DNA of 64,000 nucleotides, taken from Octopus vulgaris. Taxonomy: Eukaryota. The DNA is taken from positions 36,208,001-36,272,000 of the forward strand of contig OX597834.1 of assembly GCA_951406725.2 (NCBI GenBank). Direction: 5' to 3'. Position 1 is the first letter of the stretch, and each line of letters opens with the position of its first letter. The notes under the pieces are model-generated. The model was given only the letters and a program-made list of their open reading frames with translations, was not told the DNA's origin and did not search any database. Shown here piece after piece: positions 37,833 through 64,000 of this stretch. The position numbers and the translations under genes are program-made.

Positions 37833-38570
37833 AGCAGAGAAAGAGAGAGGTAAAGAAAAAGAGAAAAACACCAGAAGAGAATCACTTATACAGAGATTAA
37901 GATTGAAAAGAGAGAGAGGGAGAGATAGAAAGAGAGAGAGAGAGGGAGAGAGAGATAGAAACGTCGAGAGAGAATCACATATATATAGAGAAAGATGGAA
38001 GAGAGAGAGAGCGACAGACAGACAGACAGACTGAAACACTGAGAGAGGGGTACATAAACAGATAGAAAAATATGAGTGAAAGAGAAGGGGATAGAAAGGC
38101 CTAGAGAGAGTGAAAGGGAGAGAGAGAGACAGAAAGGCCTAGAGAGAGTGAAAGGGAGAGAGAGAGACAGAAAGGCCTAGAGAGAGTGAAAGAGAGAGAG
38201 GATTCTTATAATTGGTGGTTGTATATATCAGTGAAATTTGGGTGGTGAATCCATATTTGGAGGTCCCAAATTTGGAGGTCGGGTTCAGTGGAATAAGAGG
38301 AGGCGGATAAATCGCTATGTTTAATATCATTTAAATGGTTTAAACTATTTTTTAAAACCTACCCCGAAGATTGTTGAACAGGCATAAAAAGGATTATATT
38401 TCGCAAACATTTGGGGTAAGGGTATGCTATTGGTTAGTTAAAGAATCTGTGGGTTGGCTCCCTGTAATATGTTCTTATCTCTTTCTCTACTGTTCCACAC
38501 TCTTTATATTAGTAGGTCTCTGCCTGTCAGTCACTCTCTCTCATTCTCACCCTGTATATATATATATATT

Positions 38571-38610
<40 letters not shown>

Positions 38611-38717
38611 CCTGCTCGCTTTGCCAGAGGGGTGGCGTCATTTGAAGGCTAAAAAACAATGCGAAGCGCATTGTCACCGGCTATGTGTGGCAACATCTGA
38701 TAGCCTGGTCGGTCACG

Positions 38718-38815
<98 letters not shown>

Positions 38816-39327
38816 AAAAGAAAATGGAGAAACAATTTAGTTGGTTGAGATGAATGTCTCTGTGTGTGTATAGTTCTAGTTGGTGCACATTTGCTTACTG
38901 CTGCTGAAATAAATTGTATATAAACACATAAAGTGATACCTCGCAGTACGAGTTTAATTCGTTCCATGACCGAGCTCGTCTTACGATTTACTCGTTTTAC
39001 AAATCAATTTTCCCTATCGAAATAAACTAAAATATAATTAATCCGTTCCAGCCCCCCAAAACCCACTTGTTATGGGTTTTAGAGCAGAAAAGGTGTAGTT
39101 ACAAGTAAAATGATAATTATAAAATAGAGAATGCAAAAGAAATATTTAAACTGGTTTTATTAACTGAATAAAGATGGGATGATTTGTGTGCTTGCACTGC
39201 AGATTTCCACTCATATTTCGAGACAAAAATTCGCACGAGTCTTGGCTGGGACAGCAAATTACTCTTACAATGGTGCACTCGCACTGCGAGGTTGTACTGT
39301 ATACATATACATACATACATACATACA

Positions 39328-39438
<111 letters not shown>

Positions 39439-39503
39439 CCACGTGTGTACCGTTGGCGATTTTTTCCTCCGTCTTCCCTTCTCTGGATCTTTCCTTTTGC
39501 TAT

Positions 39504-39538
39504 GTTTCTGACGAAGAACTCCGCTCGAAACGTTAAAC
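39504..39538 (+). ncRNA. Hammerhead-like motif in a short (TA)n-associated repeat (second copy 42126-42160)
   Basis: Two-copy consensus GTTT-CTGACGA-A-GAGC(TCC)GCTC-GAAA-CG-TT-AAAC; each copy carries mutations. Confidence 0.5.
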
Positions 39539-39688
39539 CCTCCTTCTTTCCTTCTTTTCTGAGCGTCCAATAATACTATATTTGTTCCACGTCCTCGCGT
39601 TGTTGTGTTTTTTTTTTGTGCTTTCATGTTTGGATTAACTTCATATGTTAATATACATATATACATATATATATACATATATACATAT

Positions 39689-39767
<79 letters not shown>

Positions 39768-39936
39768 TATATATTTAAGATATTAATATAAATATTAATA
39801 TTACCGGTTTCATAGACTGATATTTGATATGATGAAATAGATCGAAACCGGTAATATAAATATTTTTATTTATATAATCTTTTTTCAAATCCCCTCTTAA
39901 ATTGAAATGTCTTAGATATTATATCTTTGATATAAT

Positions 39937-39968
<32 letters not shown>

Positions 39969-40061
39969 GGGAGTAAATCCAAACTTACAGGGAAAAATTA
40001 GATTTAGAATTAAATCTAATTTTATAGTATAAATATATATATATATATATATATTATATTA

Positions 40062-40386
40062 AATTAGAGACAAAACCACTATAAGGCAAATCAAACAGGG
40101 AAAATCATAAACCAATACATAGAAATAAAATTGATTAATAAAAAATATATAAAATATAAAATTCAAAATTTAAAATATTTAAATTAAAGTTAAAATTTTA
40201 AAAATTACTTAAATTAATAATTTATACTTATAAATTTAAATAATTTTTAAAATTTTAAGTTTAATTTAAATATTTAAAATTTTGAATTTTATATTTTATA
40301 TATTTTTTATTAATCAATTTTATTTCTATGTATTGGTTTATGATTTTCACTGTTTGATTTGCCTAATCGTGGTTTTGTCTCTAATT
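40062..40386. repeat. AT-rich ~325 bp foldback palindrome
   Basis: aattagagacaaaaccac...aaattaaa mirrored by tttaattt...gtggttttgtctctaatt. Confidence 0.85.
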
Positions 40387-40724
40387 ATATATATAATTAT
40401 GTCTCTAATTTTGTCTCTAATTATATATATAATTATATATATATATATATATATAATTACATCAAAGATTGGAAATAGCACAGAAGTAATTAGGGGATTT
40501 GAAAAAAGATTATATAAATAAAAAAATTGAGTATAATTATAATATATATGCACATGAAGGCGCATGACGCAGTGTTTAGAGCGTCGGACTCAATCATGAG
40601 GTAGTGAGTTCGATTCCCCAAACGGGTTATGTTGTACAGTTCTATATTCAAGGGGTGAGGAATTCTGTACATTATTTACATTATTTACATATGACGGTTA
40701 TTTGTCCTCATCTTGTTTGTTGTT

Positions 40725-40770
40725 AACACAACGTTTCGGCTGATATACCCACCAACCTTCATCAGGTGTC
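40725..40770 (-). ncRNA. Minimal type I hammerhead ribozyme motif
   Basis: GACAC-CTGATGA-A-GGTTGGT(GGGTAT)ATCAGCC-GAAA-CG-TT-GTGTT. Confidence 0.65.
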
Positions 40771-40828
40771 TTGAGGAAATTTCGAACCTGAGTTCGCATT
40801 CCTAAAGTATTTTTCGATACTGTTGTTA

Positions 40829-40901
<73 letters not shown>

Positions 40902-40918
40902 CATCATCATCATCATCA

Positions 40919-40977
<59 letters not shown>

Positions 40978-40978
40978 G

Positions 40979-41480
40979 TTCAGTAGTTTTATTTTTATAG
41001 CGTGCTTTCACTTCACTACCGAGCGCAGCTCTGTGTGCCTTGGGTATGTGCTGTGATTTGTTGTGATGCTCTGATGGTTATTGTATGGAAAGTGTTCTGC
41101 GTAGGATGTGTGCAGTGCCTAGTAGTGCAATTTTCTGTATGTTATATGTGTTTGTAAGTCCTGGTGTTTTTGTTATGTATTTGTCTGAATATTTTTTTAT
41201 CATGCCTAATGCACCTACTATGATAGGAATTGTTTCTGTTTTCAGGTTCCACATTCTAGTTATCTCTATTTCCAGGTCTTTGTATTTTGAGAGTTTCTTC
41301 ATTTCTTTTAGAGACACGTTGTCATCTGCCGGTATTGATACATCAATTAGAAAGCATTTTTTTTCTTCATGATCTCTGACAACTATATCTGGTCTGTTGG
41401 CCTTAATTTCTCTATCTGTGTGTATCGGCATATCCCAGAGTATGGTTGCTTTCTCGTTTTCTGTGACCTTTTCTGGTGTG
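40979..41480 (-). mobile_element. 3' fragment of the same R4/Dong-type LINE
   Basis: Near-identical to 13860-14365; NRPDIVVRDHEEKKCFLIDVSIP; flanked by (TAA)n/(GAA)n. Confidence 0.88.
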
Positions 41481-41499
41481 TTATTATTTTCTTCTTCTT

Positions 41500-41611
<112 letters not shown>

Positions 41612-41950
41612 TCACTGTCTGGAATCGAACTCGGAATCTTGGGATTAGTAGCCCGCGTTCTTAACCACTACGCCATATGCCCGTGGGTTATGTTGTGCTA
41701 TGTTCTTGAGCAAGACGCCTTATTTCACATTGCTCCAGTTCACTCAGCTGTAGAAATTAGTTGTCATGTCCCCGGTGCGAAGCTGTATCGGCCCCTTTGC
41801 CTTTCCCTTGGATAACATCAGTGACGTGGAGAAGGGAGGTTGGTATGCATGGGCAACTTCTGGTCTTTCATAAACAACCTTACCCGCTCTTTCTGGTGTA
41901 ATCCCATAATCATTCATAACCGAAGGAGGTCTATACATACATACATATAC

Positions 41951-42028
<78 letters not shown>

Positions 42029-42314
42029 TTGTGTGTGTGTATGTGTGTGTATGTGTGTGACCGTGTGTGTACCGTTGGCGATTTTTTCCTCCGTCTTCCC
42101 TTCTCTGGATCTTTCCTTTTGCTATGTTTTTGACGAAGAGCTCCGCCCGAAACGTTAAACCCTCCTTCTTTCCTTCTTTCCTGAGCGTCCAATAATACTA
42201 TATTTGTTCCACGTCCTCGCGTTGTTGTGTTTTTTTGTGCTTTCATGTTTTGGATTAACTTTATATGTATATATACATATATACATATATATATACATAT
42301 ATACATATATACAC

Positions 42315-42346
<32 letters not shown>

Positions 42347-42594
42347 AACCTTACTCGCTCTTTCTGGTGTAATCCCATAATCATTCATAACCGAAGGAGG
42401 TCTTTGCCTTTCCTTATATACACATACACACACCTATGTACACACACACATACACATATACACACTCAGATCTAAAGTTACACATGCGCATACACGCGGT
42501 GGTGGTCGGAGTGTTGTCATTGCTGCTTGTGATCGTATGTGTGCAGTAGGGGAGGTAATATTTTACGTAGGGGATTTGGTAATTGTTATGACAG

Positions 42595-43400
42595 AGGTGG
42601 TGGTGGTGGTGTTCGTGGTGGTGGTAACGGTGGTTGTGGTGGTGGTGGTGGTGGCGGCGGGTGATGGTTATTTAATCCATCTGTAGAACTGTGTCACCAT
42701 AACTGGCGGCTTGGTTTCATATGGTTCAACATAAACATTGGCGCAGCATCTGGGACACACCCTGCCTTCTCGTCATACACCATCGTGGTGGTGGTGGTGG
42801 TGGTGGTGACGGTTGTAATGGCGGTAGGTTTAATGGTGCCGGTAGCAGTGGTGCTAGAGCTGCCCCCTCACCATGAACCATGGTGGTAAAGGTGGTAACG
42901 GTGGTTGGATCGATGGTGGATGTAGTTGTGGTTGTAGTGGTGGTTGTGGTGGTGGTGATAGTGGTGGTGGTGATGGTGGTGGTGGTGGTGGTGGTGGTGA
43001 CAGGTGGTGGTAGGAGTGTTGATGATGGCTGTGGTAGGTGTGGTGGTTGTGCTGGTGGTGGTGGTGGTCGAGGAGGTTGTTATTGACATTGGTGGTGGTA
43101 GTGGTGTTGTGGTTGTGGTGATGGCGCTAGAGGATGAGGATGAGGAGGGGGAGGAGGAAGTAGTGGTAGTGTGGTAGTGGTGGCGGCGGCGGTGGTGGTG
43201 GTTGTGGTGGTGCTGCTGCTGTTGCTGCTGGCAGCGGAGGCAGTAGTGGTGGTGCATGGAGAGGAGGAGGCTGCGGCGGCCGTGGCGTTGGTAGTGGTGA
43301 TGGAGTTGGTGGAGTAGATGGTGGTGGCGATGGTGATGGCGGCACCGGTGGTGCGGTGACGATTTACAGTGATGAAGACGACCATGACGTCTGGTGATGG
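42595..43400. repeat. Degenerate (GGT)n simple-repeat tract
   Basis: Long GGT/GTG-rich low-complexity sequence. Confidence 0.8.
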
Positions 43401-44678
43401 CTCCTGCCTTGGTTGGATTGCTATGACAACAGCGATAGCAATATCTTGGACGCTGGGACATAATTCACATCACCTTGAAATGTCCGTTGCCAAGGGATCT
43501 ACGACTTGCTCCCTATTACGCTTACCAGCTGATGGTACCCATTTCATGGTTGTTTTCGAGTACCTTCAAACGGGGTCCTTGTGAGCCCTTGGATGTCTTC
43601 ATATACAATTTTGTTGTTAAAATTTTTGCGCAATGAGGCGGAGCGCTGGCAGAAACGTGTATAAACAATTTATTGCGCATAATTTTTATTTTTCTTCTCT
43701 AGACACAAGGCCCGGAATTTTAGGGGAGGCGACCAGTCGATTAGCTCGACCCTTGTATGCAAATGGTAAATAATTTATCGACCCCGAAAGGACGGAAGGC
43801 AAAATCGACCTCGGCGGAATTTTACCCCAGAACGTAAAGACGAAATACCTATATCTTTACTATACACAAGGGGCTACACACAGAGAGGACAAACAAGGAC
43901 AGACAGACGGATTAAGTCGATTATATCGACCCCAGTGCGTAACTGGTACTTATTTAATCGATCCTGAAAGGATGAAAAGCAAAGTCGACCTCGGCGGAAT
44001 TTGAACTCAGAACGTAGCGGCAGACGAAATAACTATTTCTTTATTACCCACAAGGGGATAAACATAGAGGGGGGACAAACAAGGACAGACAAAATGATTA
44101 AGTCGATTACATTGACTCCAGTGCGTAACTGGTACTTAATTTATCGACCCCGAAGTGATGAAAACCAAAGTCGTCCTCGGGGAAATTTGAACTCAGAACG
44201 TAATGGTAGACGAAATACGGCTACGCATTTCGCCCGGCGTGCTAACGTTTCTGCCAGCTCGCCGTCTTAACGACAGCAACAATAATAACAATGCCAATGC
44301 GGGTTATAACCTGTTGTTCACATACTAACTCTCTTTTCTATCTTCTCATTGTTTTCTCGCCATTTCACGTTCATTCTCGTTTGTTCACGTGTTAGTCATT
44401 TTTGTTTTACTTCACAAGTTGTACTTTATTAGTGTGAAAATGGCTGTCAGGCAATAGAACTTAAGTCGATCATTGTATATCTCAAATACTCAATAAAGAT
44501 TCAACAATAACATCGTAAGCAACAACAACAACGGAAATAAAATCAATAACAACAATAAAAACAATGATTGTGGTAAGAGGTTTCGTATTTATTCAAGAGA
44601 ATCTGCTTTGTTAAAGATGTAAATATATTTGTTTTCGTGGATATGTTTGTAGAGTGCGTGTAGGTCAAACTAAAGGTT

Positions 44679-44801
<123 letters not shown>

Positions 44802-44822
44802 ATGTATATATATATGTATATA

Positions 44823-44876
<54 letters not shown>

Positions 44877-45031
44877 TATTGCACGCTATGCAACTGTTAC
44901 GATAATACAAGAGAATTGTAATATATTTCGTATCTCGTGATTGGTATTGATATACATGCAAACAAACATAAAAAACACACATGTATATATGTATATATGT
45001 ATATATATATTTATATGTGTGTGTGTGTATG

Positions 45032-45086
<55 letters not shown>

Positions 45087-45099
45087 AAATATATACCCA

Positions 45100-45163
<64 letters not shown>

Positions 45164-45217
45164 TACATTCATACATATATATACGTATATACATACAGAT
45201 GAATATAAGTGGGTATG

Positions 45218-45297
<80 letters not shown>

Positions 45298-47037
45298 CAT
45301 TATGCGTGTATGTATGTGTATATGTATGTATATGAGGTTGATATAGAATTCAGGGCCAACATAGTAATAAAAATATAAATATTAACAGTAATAATTATCA
45401 TAATAACCAAGATGACCTGAAAGATTAAGGAGCAACATGTATGAGGCTGGTAAAGGTTTTCAAAAAAAAAAAAAAAAAGATGATGGATGACAGACATGGA
45501 AGGAGTTTGTGTATGTGGCGGAAACAGTACACACATACATGCACATTCGTACGTACACATTCTCTGGACATATTGTCACACGTAGGCATATAAGTAAACA
45601 CCGTGTTGGTGTATGTGGTCTTTACTGCGATAGGCTTCGCATGGACTACAACGCTTAGCCTATCACTATTATATTCGTAAGTATTACTCGAAAATATAAA
45701 TGGCTTACTCTTTGTATTTTATTGTGTATTATTGGATCTGAAAGCAGATTACGATCAGATTTATATAAAGAGAATTGCAAGAATATAATCATTATTGTTA
45801 TTAAAGAAGAAAATCGGTTTTATTTCATGAATTCAATGAAGACGGTTTTTTTTACCAAAAAATTCATTCATACAACGTAATAAATACAAGTTGTATGCCA
45901 GTAGAATGTCACTTAACCAACAGGCAATCTTTCGTAATAGATATATAAAATGGTGGCAATGAAATGAATAAAAAGAAAGTCATTCTCGCCAATGAAATAT
46001 TTTCTTTCAGATTTTGGCAAAAGGCCATTAAATTTTGGGGATCGGAGTTGAGTCAATTATATCAACCCCAGTGCACATCTGATACATATTTTGAAGATTG
46101 CCACAGGATATGAAAGGCAAAGTCAACCCCTCCAAACATACAGAATCTGAAGAAATGCCATTAGGATTTTTTCGCCGTCTTGCTCGTTACTGAAATAGTG
46201 GCTGCAAATTTTGGCCAGTAATTTTAAGGAAATTGGCTGTCAATTCCATCGACCCCCCCACCCCAGTACTTCATTGGTACTTTATTTTATTGACCCCGAA
46301 AGGATGAAAGGCGAAGGCGACTCTAGCGGAACTGAACACAGAACGTAATGAATCGGAAGAAATACCTATTTCTTTACTACCCAGAAGGGGCTAAACACAG
46401 AGAGGACAAACAAGGACAAACAGATTAAGTCGATTACATCGACCCCAGTGCGTAACTGGTACTTAATTTAATCAACCCCGAAAGGATGGAAGGCAAAGTC
46501 GACTTCGGCGGAATTTGAACTCAGAACGTAACGGCAGACGAAATACGGCTACGCATTTCGCCCGGCGTGCTAACGTTTCTGCCAGCTCGCCGGTAAGCAA
46601 TTGACCGACGCACAAACGATCCTGCCTGGTCACTACCTTGCCCACCAATGAAGTATTTTGTTTCAAATTTTTGGCCCAAGGCCAGAAGTTTTAGATGGGG
46701 GAGGTTCTCAGTGACATCGACCTCAGTAATCAACTGGTACATATTTTATCAGTCCTCATGGGTATATAAAGCAAAGTCTGCTTTGGCGGAACTTGAACTC
46801 AGAACCCCTGGCATTTTGTCCAATGAGCCAACAGTCTGCCAGCAAACCGCCTTACTGTTTCAAGTTTTGACAGACCATTTAAGGAGAGGGTAGTCGATAA
46901 CAATGACCCCAGTACTCGACTGGTACAACCCCGAAAGGGTCGACCTCGACGGACATTGACCCCAGAATGTAGAAAGGCAAGAGAAAAGCTGCTAAGCATT
47001 TTATTCGACCCGTTAACGATTCTACCAGTTTGTCTCC

Positions 47038-47105
<68 letters not shown>

Positions 47106-47416
47106 GAAGAAGAAGAAGAAAAAGAAGAAGAAATAGAGGAGGAGGAGGAGGAGGAGGAGGAGGAGGAGAAGAAGAAGAAGAAGAAGAAGAAGAAGAAGAA
47201 GAAGAAGAAAGAAGAAGAAGAAGAAGAAGAAGAAGAAGAAGAAGAAGAAGAAGAAGAAGAAGAAGAAGAAGAAGAAGAAGAAGAATGACTGCTTATATTC
47301 ATTTAAATTTATTTTATTGGCGAGAAAATGTAATTTTCTTTTAGATTATATTTTATTTGAAGCTCCATTCTTGTCGTTGGTCATTTTATATAACGAAAGA
47401 TTACCACCGTTCAGTC

Positions 47417-47488
<72 letters not shown>

Positions 47489-49015
47489 CCCTCCACGTCA
47501 TCCTATTATCTGATCAGTTCGATGTTGCAAAACAATTCGGCGTGAAGTGTTGTTCACCGTAACCTCAGAACCGACACCACAACGTTTCATATTTCACGGA
47601 ACAAAATTTAGTTTTCTCTTTATGAAACCATAATTGTGTCAAGGTATTAGTCGGGCTTCATACTTACATAATGAATGTGAATAGTTTTGGTAATGTTTAA
47701 AGTGTATACATAGGACATTGTACATTTCTACACAGCGAATGTGTCCCTGGTTCATACATGTCTATAACGTTCGTTTTTTGGTTGTCTTTTAACAATGTGT
47801 CTGTGACTATGTACATGCGTGCTTGTGTTTTTTGTAAATGTATGTCTATGTGCATGCATTTATGAATGTGTGTATTTATGTGTGTGTATGCGTGTATGTA
47901 TGTGTTAATCTTAGATGTGTTTAAGAAAAGCTAAGGAGTGTTTATGAATTTCCTTTACACTTCAAAGTACGGATGCATAAACGTTGTAAAGATATTTTAT
48001 GGACATTCTGTCTGTTTGGTGTTGTTGTCGTTGTTGTTGTTGTTGTTATGTTTGACTTGTAAAGCATTTTCTCCAGTATGTTACACGTTTGACCCTCTTT
48101 ACAGCTTCGTCGCCACCGTCAGCATCACCACCATCACCTGCCAATTCCATCCCATAACAACCTCACACACACACGAACCCCACCAACGCCACTGCCACAC
48201 CTACCATTTTCATCATCACCCACCCACCATCACCACCATCACCACCACCACCAGAACCAAATGAATACACCCCTTCAACATCACTACCAGCCCCCAATAC
48301 CACCATTACCATCCCATCCACCACCATCGTCAGTTAGGGTTATCTAGGATCTGTGTTTATGGAGAGTGGTCCTTGATTGGCCCTAAAAGAAGGAAAGACC
48401 TAACTCCTTTCTTTTAAGAGACAGTCATATGCTATATATAATATATAACCCGCCATTTTCTACATTTTTATTTCACAATCCATATGACCACCCCTACCAA
48501 AATCTGCTCTAGAAATTCCTCTATCTATTTACAGTGATTTAGTTCCAGCTCAGCCCTGATTCAAGAGTCATCAGACCCAGGACGTTCCAGCAACGACCAC
48601 TCCGACCTCATTTTTAGTGTGGTTATTTCATATATCCAAAAGGACATTATCCAATGTAATTTTCTCAGATTTTAGGTTTGTCATTATGCCGGAAGGGCTT
48701 GCTGCGGTTGCTATGGCGCATAAACCATGGAAACAGTACGATACTTACTCGACCGTCCCTTGGACTTGACGATAGCCTGTAGCCAGGTTAAACTCCATCT
48801 GCAGTCGGTGGTGCTTTTTTATTGCCCCATGGAATGGAGCAACGTAAAATGAAATATTTTGCTGAAGAGCATGACTCATCGTCTGGTCTGAGTATCGAAA
48901 CTTTGACCTTGCGATTGTGAGTCCAACACTCTAACCACCAGACCACATGGTGCCCACATACAACGTACCTTACCCTTTTGTTTATATATATGTATACATT
49001 TTTATTTCACAATCC

Positions 49016-49055
<40 letters not shown>

Positions 49056-49551
49056 ATAAAAAAAATAATGGTAATGAGCTAAAAGAGATTTGGCTGTTAT
49101 TTCTAGAAGAACGGAAAACCATACAGAAACATCCTCGTTAGCTTGTCTTCTTCCACGTACCAACAAACATTTGATCACCCTTGTGGAAATAGTAATTTTT
49201 TTTTCTCAGACAAAAAAGTTATGGGAAGAGAAACAATCGACTGTAACAACCCAGGTACTTAATCAGTATTATTTCTCATCGATTTGGGACAGGTAGAAAT
49301 TCATTATTATTATTAAGTGTTAACTTAAGTGGGATTTGAACCCAGAACATAAAGAATCAAAACAACAGCTGCAACACATTTTGTCCCACACGCATATGAT
49401 GATAATAATGGGTTCAAATTTTGCCACAAGGGCAGCAATTTTGTGTGGAGGGGACGAGTCGATTACATCGACCCCAGTGTTTCACTGGTACTTAATTTAT
49501 TTACCCCCGAAAGGATAAAAGGCAAAGTCGACCTCGGTGGAATTTGCAAAT

Positions 49552-49622
<71 letters not shown>

Positions 49623-49783
49623 TAATAAAAGATAACACTGTTGTAATTTATTCTGGTTCATGTAAATTATGGGGAATTTTGTATTTTGACCATATTATCT
49701 CCCCTTTGACATCGTTCCTGCAGCATAGTCAAATATTGTTATTATGATTTTTGGTGTTGATGTTATTAATATTATCATATATG

Positions 49784-49822
<39 letters not shown>

Positions 49823-49957
49823 TTATATCTATATGTATGTATGTATATATATATATATACATACATATATATATATAAATAAATAAATATATATATATGT
49901 ATATATATATATATGTATATATATATATGTATATATATGTATATATATATACATACT

Positions 49958-50051
<94 letters not shown>

Positions 50052-51019
50052 AATATATATATATACATACATATATATATATAGATCGATGTTATACTGT
50101 AGATTCTTTCTGTTCACTAGATATCCTCATCTCAGCTGGAACAATGAGACTTCAACATTTAATCTTTTAAATATATTTCCCGTTAAAAGTTCGAATCTAA
50201 ATGAAGCTGTACGTTGTTTTTTTCTTTTCTTTTCTTTTTTTTTCATTCATTTGTGAATCCCTTTATTATATTTGAAAAGAAAATACATAAATGAAAAAAA
50301 CAAAAACAGACATGCCTTGGTTGGAGGGCTTTTTATAATCGAATCGAATCAAATCAAAATAAGATAACGAAAATTATATTGTGAAGTCCATCACAGGTTT
50401 AAATTGCATTCAAGAATTATGAGTTTATAGCTGTTGATACATACATACATACATACATACATACATACATACATACATACATACACACACACATACATAC
50501 ATACATACATACATACATACATACATACATACATACATACATACATACATACATGCATACAAAAACGAGATCTTTATACTGCACTTAAGATACACAAATT
50601 TGCTACTTAAGTTTCATGGGACGATCTTATTTACAGCCTTACAAGAGTACAAACTTGCTTGCTGTCCAATTCATCTGGCAAAATTCTACATTTTATTCAT
50701 ATTAAATAAACAGTCTGCAAATTCTTTGCTTTTGAAAATGCTCCGTCAATCTAAGGGACATCATCTCGTTTCTCGGTTTCTATTCTCGTCGTTTAACGTT
50801 CCTCTTTTTCCTCTTTTCTTCGTGTGTAGTTGTTTCGTTTTGGTTTTATTTTGTATAATGAATTGGATGGCAATCAAACGCGTACTTTATTTAAAGTACA
50901 TATAACTACTGTGTATCTTAAACAATGTATAAAGGTCACACTTACTTCTGCAAGAAACACTGAGCTCTCTGCAACTGTTCAATCTTCTTCACTTAGTAAC
51001 ATGTTTGTATGTATGGATG

Positions 51020-51087
<68 letters not shown>

Positions 51088-51510
51088 CATATGTGAATAT
51101 ACGTTATGCATATATAGATATACATTTATACACACACACACACACACACATATCGTAGAATAGGAGGCATAAACAATTGGTGAATTTTATTGAAAAAAAA
51201 ATACTAAATTTCTGTGCACTAAATGTTCATATGCTTGCGTTTTATAATATTCTTTTCCACAAGGCCTCAAATTTTGGGATTAAGTCGATTACATCGACGA
51301 CAATGCGTAACTGGTACTTATTTAATCGACCCTGAAAGGATGAAGGGCATAGTCGACTTCGGCGGAATTTGAACTCAGAACGTAGCGACGTACGACATAC
51401 CGCTAAGCATTTCGCCCAGCGTGCTAACGTTTCTGCCAGCTCACCGCCATCTTTACGTTGTACAATATTACTAGATGACCATAGCTCATATATATACTCT
51501 ATACTTTATA

Positions 51511-51735
<225 letters not shown>

Positions 51736-51738
51736 ATG

Positions 51739-51770
<32 letters not shown>

Positions 51771-52126
51771 AGTGTGTGTATTATACATATGTGTGTGCGT
51801 GTGTGTGTCTGGCTGTTTGTGTCTGTCTGTGTTTGTGTGTACCTATGTGTTTTAATATAGGGCTGCCGTATCTTCTTTCACATAGAATTATGCACATTGC
51901 TTTTTATTAATTGATAATTATTTTCCAGATAATCAATACTATGTTTAGTATTATAAAATTAATTTTAATAAAAAAAAAAATCAAATCTTCCGCCTATTCT
52001 ACGATTTACATATATATATATATACACACACATACATATATGTATATATCTAAGCACACAAAGACACACAAACATATATATATATATAGATGTATGTATG
52101 CAATTTGCACATGTATATTTGTATGT

Positions 52127-52176
<50 letters not shown>

Positions 52177-52229
52177 CTCACACACTCATTCATGCATTAT
52201 GTATGTATAAGGTGCCTTTGTTTAGGAGT

Positions 52230-63562
<11,333 letters not shown>

Positions 63563-63620
63563 CTATTGAAAAAGAAAAAAGAAAGAAAGAAACAAACGTA
63601 GGAAGCATTGGTGATGAAAT

Positions 63621-63655
<35 letters not shown>

Positions 63656-63841
63656 AGACATGGATTTGGAGAAGGAGAAGAAGAACAAGTTGATGAAGGA
63701 ATGGGAAAGAGGGGAGAAGGTGAAGGAGTAGACAAAGAAGAAAAAGAGAACAAGAAAAGGAAGATGAGACGATGGCGTAGTAGTGTTAGTAGTGGTAGTA
63801 GTAGTAGTAGTACTAGTAGTAGTAGTAGTATTAGTAGTAGC

Positions 63842-63873
<32 letters not shown>

Positions 63874-64000
63874 CAGTGGTGGTGGTGGTGGTGGTCGTCG
63901 TCGTCGTCGTTGTCGTCGTGGTAGTGGTGAAGGTGGTTGTGGTGGTAGTGGTGATTGTAGTGGTTGTGGAAGAAGAAAAAGAAGAAGACACATATACATA

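Overview
Eukaryotic, AT-rich DNA packed with microsatellites and SINEs. The repeat content suggests an octopus (coleoid cephalopod) genome; this is an inference, not a database result. The only host genes I can support are three paralogous, intron-containing Cys-loop (pentameric ligand-gated ion channel) subunit genes of the nicotinic acetylcholine receptor alpha-like type. They are arranged A(+) -> <- B(-) <- C(-). Gene B is complete (8 exons, 455 aa). A lacks its first three exons and C its first two, because these lie beyond the window edges. All three keep the Cys-loop and the vicinal loop-C cysteines but have strongly non-canonical M2 pore helices, and C has lost the loop-B Trp. A and B form a tail-to-tail inverted duplication. 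Several introns, the M3/M4 exons and the 3' UTR are near-identical between them, while the ligand-binding and pore exons are islands of divergence. The rest of the window is mobile DNA: R4/Dong-type LINEs and a non-autonomous element in (TAA)n tracts, RTE-like LINE relics, Penelope GIY-YIG fragments, many minimal hammerhead-ribozyme-like motifs (several in palindromes), Helitron ends, Tc1/mariner relics and tRNA-derived SINEs. Almost all ORFs in the supplied track are microsatellite artefacts.
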